Below are positions 60,786-64,000 of a DNA stretch of 64,000 nt, piece by piece. A model generated the notes under the pieces. The model saw nothing but the letters and a program-made list of their open reading frames with translations. It did not search any database and was not told the origin of the DNA. Within the stretch, counting starts at the first letter, position 1. The number at the start of each line of letters is the position of its first letter. Source of the stretch: Campylobacteraceae bacterium (GTDB taxonomy: Bacteria; Campylobacterota; Campylobacteria; Campylobacterales; Sulfurovaceae); the NCBI GenBank assembly GCA_027024155.1, contig JALVTE010000076.1, positions 35,301 to 99,300 of the forward strand. The letters are read 5' to 3'. Position numbers and translations under genes: made by a program.

Positions 60786-62185
60786 TTTAGCTCCTCTGCT
60801 ACCGATAAAATTTGTAAAACATCATAAATTGGGGTATAGTAATTAGAATCATCTCTCTTTACAAGTAAGTTTTGACTAGACAATTTACTATCAACTCTTT
60901 TTAAAGCTTTGCTCACAATATCCCAGTTATCATCGTTTTTAGAGATTTGATTAATTCTATTTAATAATTTATTTGCATAAGCTTCGTTTTTGTGTAACTC
61001 TCCAATCCAATTTCTTAATTTACTTATTGGTGAATTATCTTGTTTGTAGAAAGATACTACTACTCTAAAGTCATTAATTTTAGGAGCTTTATCTAAATAG
61101 TATGGAGCAAAAGAGAACTTTATTGTTTTATCTTTATGGTATGCTGTTAGTTCATCTTCTTCAAACTTTTCCCAACTTTGAAAATTAGAGCTTTGGATAT
61201 TGTGAAAAATTATACAAGACTTCTCTCTTTTTGATTTATCTTTTGCTTCAGAACATAACTCTTCGGCAAGAGATACTGCATAGTGGAATGGATATTTGTC
61301 GTTACAGTATGCAATACCGGCACACGCTGTTAATTTATCTGTAAGTCCTTTTAATTCATCAATTTTAGAGGTATTCTCTTCAAAATTTTCTAAATATTTT
61401 TGTATAAAATCTAAAGCAACATCGGCATTGCATATTACAGTTAAATCATCTCCTCCCAAAATTGCTTCTCTTATTTTATCTTCGTAACCTTCTGAAGCTT
61501 TTTCGAAAGCCTCATTTGTGGCATCATCCAATTTTTTTGAGAATGAACTAATTTTACTTTTTAGCAATGGAACTAACTGTCCTAAACCATTACCATCTGC
61601 ATGAATTACTGCTATTTTATTCTTGTTATTTGATAGATTAGATATATCTTTTATCTCTTTATACGATGGATTCTCTTTTCTTTTATTATTAAACCAATTA
61701 CTATACTTTTCTTGTTTTTGTGAAGTTGATACATCAAGTTTTTCAGTCCGTTTTACATAGCTATATAGAGGTCTTGCCGTTTTGGGTGCCTGCTCTAATA
61801 TAGATATACCTAAATCCAAAGGAATAGTTGGCTTATTTCTTTGGATTTTTAAGTTATCATCTAATTTTTTGTAATCATCTTTTGTTATATCTTCTTTATT
61901 ATTTATCTCAACAACAGCTTGTGATATTGTAATACCATAAGCATTTTGCATTACATATTTTGTAAAATCTTTTACAAGTTCTTGCATCTGCTCTTTAGTA
62001 TCAAATAGAGCTTTAAAATTACCTGCTGCATTTAATATTATCTTATCCCTACTCCCAACATAATCTTCAAATTTTTTCTCTAAACTTTTAATAATTTCAC
62101 TTGCCCCAACAATATCTCTTAATTGATTGGTAGCAAAAATATACTCCTGTATCGCTTGGATACTAGCACCATATAAATATGCCAT
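60782..62185 (-). CDS. cas10: minimal Cas10 (no HD domain, GGDD palm motif present)
   Basis: 467 aa. Starts directly with the palm-type GASIQAIQEYIFATNQLRDIVGASEII. Also has IHADGNGLGQL, ILGGDDLTVIC and ACAGIAYCNDKYPF...AEELCSEAK. Only 15 nt separate it from the cas6 stop. Confidence 0.8.
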   Translation of the reverse strand: MAYLYGASIQAIQEYIFATNQLRDIVGASEIIKSLEKKFEDYVGSRDKIILNAAGNFKALFDTKEQMQELVKDFTKYVMQNAYGITISQAVVEINNKEDITKDDYKKLDDNLKIQRNKPTIPLDLGISILEQAPKTARPLYSYVKRTEKLDVSTSQKQEKYSNWFNNKRKENPSYKEIKDISNLSNNKNKIAVIHADGNGLGQLVPLLKSKISSFSKKLDDATNEAFEKASEGYEDKIREAILGGDDLTVICNADVALDFIQKYLENFEENTSKIDELKGLTDKLTACAGIAYCNDKYPFHYAVSLAEELCSEAKDKSKREKSCIIFHNIQSSNFQSWEKFEEDELTAYHKDKTIKFSFAPYYLDKAPKINDFRVVVSFYKQDNSPISKLRNWIGELHKNEAYANKLLNRINQISKNDDNWDIVSKALKRVDSKLSSQNLLVKRDDSNYYTPIYDVLQILSVAEELK

Positions 62186-62200
62186 TTATCTTCTCCTTTA

Positions 62201-63028
62201 TTAGTTTAATTCCTCAATCTCAATCTTCCCAAGCCCCATTACGGTTTGTTTGCCGACTCCTATTAGTTCGCCTAGTTTAAGTAGGCGGTAGCTCTCTTTG
62301 TCTATGTTGTTTACTGCCATTTCGCCTATTAAGCCATCTATGTTTAGAATTTGCTTTTGGCGGTTGCTTTTTCGTTTTAGCTGTTTATATTGTAAGAGTT
62401 TAAGAGTTGTGCCGATTTCTGGGGTGTAGTTTAGTTTATGTACTTTTACACCACTGTTTAACTCTTGCTCTCTTTGGTATATAGAGCGTAAAATGTCTTG
62501 TAACTCCAAATTTTCTCTTAAAAGTCTGTTTTGTTTTTTTATTCTAAGAGGTGTGAGTAATTTTATCTTAACATTTGGACAAAAGCTGTCGATTTTAAAG
62601 GCTTTTGGCTCTATTTTTAAATCTTTAAACTCTTTGTTGCTATAAATAGTTGTTTTATTTACTAAAATTTCTAAATTTTCAAATGTTAAGTTATCTTTAC
62701 CAACGCCATTTTGGGTTAGCATAGTGTGTAGGGCACTTAAAATATATGGTAACTCTTTTGTTGCTTCGTTAAATAGATATAGTCCAAAGTTGTAATTATT
62801 GCTATCTAATTTTACATCGAAACGAAAGGGGTGATAGTTGTTTTGTTTTTCGTAGAAACTGTAATATAAGCAGTTATCTTTTGCAAAACATCCTTCGCAT
62901 TTATAGCTTGGGTTTATGCAGGTTACTTTTTTGAGTGCATAACCAAAAGCTCCACGAAGCATAGAGCCTGTAAAAAAAGGTGGCTTATCTTTAGAATTTA
63001 CTTTTACTTCGATATAATGGTATTTCAT
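62201..63028 (-). CDS. cas6: Cas6-family pre-crRNA endoribonuclease
   Basis: 275 aa counted from the ATG at 63026-28 (MKYHYIEVKV). Has GSMLRGAFGYAL, a Cys cluster CxxxxxxxCxxC, and a C-terminal Gly-rich loop GVGKQTVMGLGKI. Confidence 0.65.
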   Translation of the reverse strand: MKYHYIEVKVNSKDKPPFFTGSMLRGAFGYALKKVTCINPSYKCEGCFAKDNCLYYSFYEKQNNYHPFRFDVKLDSNNYNFGLYLFNEATKELPYILSALHTMLTQNGVGKDNLTFENLEILVNKTTIYSNKEFKDLKIEPKAFKIDSFCPNVKIKLLTPLRIKKQNRLLRENLELQDILRSIYQREQELNSGVKVHKLNYTPEIGTTLKLLQYKQLKRKSNRQKQILNIDGLIGEMAVNNIDKESYRLLKLGELIGVGKQTVMGLGKIEIEELN

Positions 63029-63236
63029 TTCTATGCCTATTAATAAAATTGTATTATAGTAACATATTATATATGTGAAATTTATCAAATAGTAGCAATA
63101 TACTTATAATAATTTATAATTTAGTATTATTGCTACATTTTCTTTGCTATTTTAACTAAAGTTACACACTACCCTAGATAGATGGTTTAAAACTTGAAAC
63201 TTTTTCTATGGATTGAGAAGCAACCTATATATATTT

Positions 63237-63647
63237 TCAAGAGCGTATTAAGATAATATATAATAACATTAAAACTATTATCACTACCGGTATTATTAAA
63301 GCGCCTAACTCTATCCAGTTTAATTTTTGATGTTGATACTCTTTATCTTTTGACTCTAAAATGAGTAAAAAAATCATAGATATTGGGAAAGTGATTATAG
63401 TTAGCAGCATTCCTAATTTCATTCTACCAAATGCATCTCTAACTCTTTTTACAGTAGATGTTAAAAAAATCCATATACTCACAAGGTAGCCTAATAGCAT
63501 TATAATTATTGCTAATATTGGTAATGGTTTTAAAAGCATATACATAACAACATAAAAAGCAATATATGCATATATTGGTAGAAAATGACCATAGAGTAGA
63601 TACCTAAGTCCTGATATTCTACCCTTGAAACTAAAAATGTTTATCAT
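63237..63647 (-). CDS. DUF805-like inner membrane protein
   Basis: 136 aa. Has FSFKGRISGLRY...VKRVRD and four hydrophobic helices. Confidence 0.55.
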   Translation of the reverse strand: MINIFSFKGRISGLRYLLYGHFLPIYAYIAFYVVMYMLLKPLPILAIIIMLLGYLVSIWIFLTSTVKRVRDAFGRMKLGMLLTIITFPISMIFLLILESKDKEYQHQKLNWIELGALIIPVVIIVLMLLYIILIRS

Positions 63648-63656
63648 AAATTCACC

Positions 63657-64000
63657 TTACATTCCCAAATTGTACTGTTTCCAGATTTTGCCACACACTT
63701 TAGCACCTTCTTTATATCCTTCTTTCAGAATCTCTTTAGCTTTAGAAATTTTCTTCTCTTTAATATACAATTCGCCTAAAGCACATTTTGCTACAATACT
63801 ACCATTATTAATAGCTATATTATAATACTTTTCTGCACTACTGGCATCTTGTAAAGTTCCTAAACCATTTGCGTACAAATAAGCCAATCTCAATGCAGAA
63901 TTGTTAGTAATATCTTTTATTGCATTTAATTCAAGAGCTTTTTTATAATTCTCTATTGCTTGTTCGTAATCAACTTTTATCTGTTTATGAACAAAATAAT
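63657..64000 (-). CDS. Sel1-like repeat protein (C-terminal part; N-terminus beyond window end)
   Basis: The frame is open to position 64000. It shows the Sel1/TPR-like pattern A..YYNIAINNGS..A...LG.LY... Confidence 0.55.
   Translation of the reverse strand, partial: YFVHKQIKVDYEQAIENYKKALELNAIKDITNNSALRLAYLYANGLGTLQDASSAEKYYNIAINNGSIVAKCALGELYIKEKKISKAKEILKEGYKEGAKVCGKIWKQYNLGM

Noticed and set aside
63181-63203. GGTTTAAAACTTGAAAC upstream of cas6, vaguely resembling the repeat 3' end (GATTTAAGGGGATTGAAAC); considered as an orphan repeat or CreA-like RNA
   Set aside because: It lies on the opposite strand to the array, matches only partially over ~15 nt in AT-rich DNA, and has no adjacent second repeat. 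It is probably chance.
1-64000. Search for tRNA, rRNA, tmRNA or riboswitch-like elements in intergenic gaps
   Set aside because: All larger gaps are accounted for by palindromic repeats, promoters or terminators. No cloverleaf-like or rRNA-like sequence was recognised by eye. A covariance-model scan would be needed to be certain.

Overview
AT-rich bacterial chromosome segment. Its gene content and synteny (polyprenyl synthase-hemA-proS, fabZ-lpxA-clpX-mreB-mreC, fused ccsBA, short recO) look like Campylobacterota (Sulfurimonas/Sulfurovum/Arcobacter-like); this is an inference. Positions 1-47005 are densely packed housekeeping genes: proS, hemA, rpoD, accD, cysS, pyrD, dapA, pgsA, rseP, carB, atpB, ccsBA, polA and others. 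Their intergenic gaps hold an unusual mosaic of palindromic repeats, including GTAG-hairpin REP-like units and roughly 125-bp long-hairpin elements. Positions 47.0-63.2 kb form an accessory island between polA and a DUF805/Sel1 gene pair. It contains two convergent MazF-family toxin-antitoxin modules and a 34-repeat CRISPR array (35-nt repeat, read on the minus strand). Next to the array is an adaptation block with two complete cas2 genes, cas1 and a stand-alone Cas1-N-terminal-like ORF. Upstream of that lies a type III-D-like effector operon: cas6, a minimal HD-less cas10 (467 aa), a small Cas7, Csx10/Cas5 with a helical tail, a fused double Cas7, a Csx19-like small protein, and a large 'APFNFVPL' RAMP with a roughly 300-aa Lys/Glu-rich tail. 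The operon ends with a 49-codon cas2 remnant that the ORF track misses. No CARF/SAVED-type signal effector and no stand-alone cas11 are visible. Two uncharacterised ORFs with strong Shine-Dalgarno (SD) sites sit inside the cas locus: an acidic Asp/Tyr/Trp-rich protein and a 126-aa protein next to the leader. Two housekeeping genes (YgjP-like, ThiE-like) appear to start at ATA codons. No tRNA or rRNA genes were recognised. All calls come from reading the sequence and ORF translations by eye; no database searches were run.
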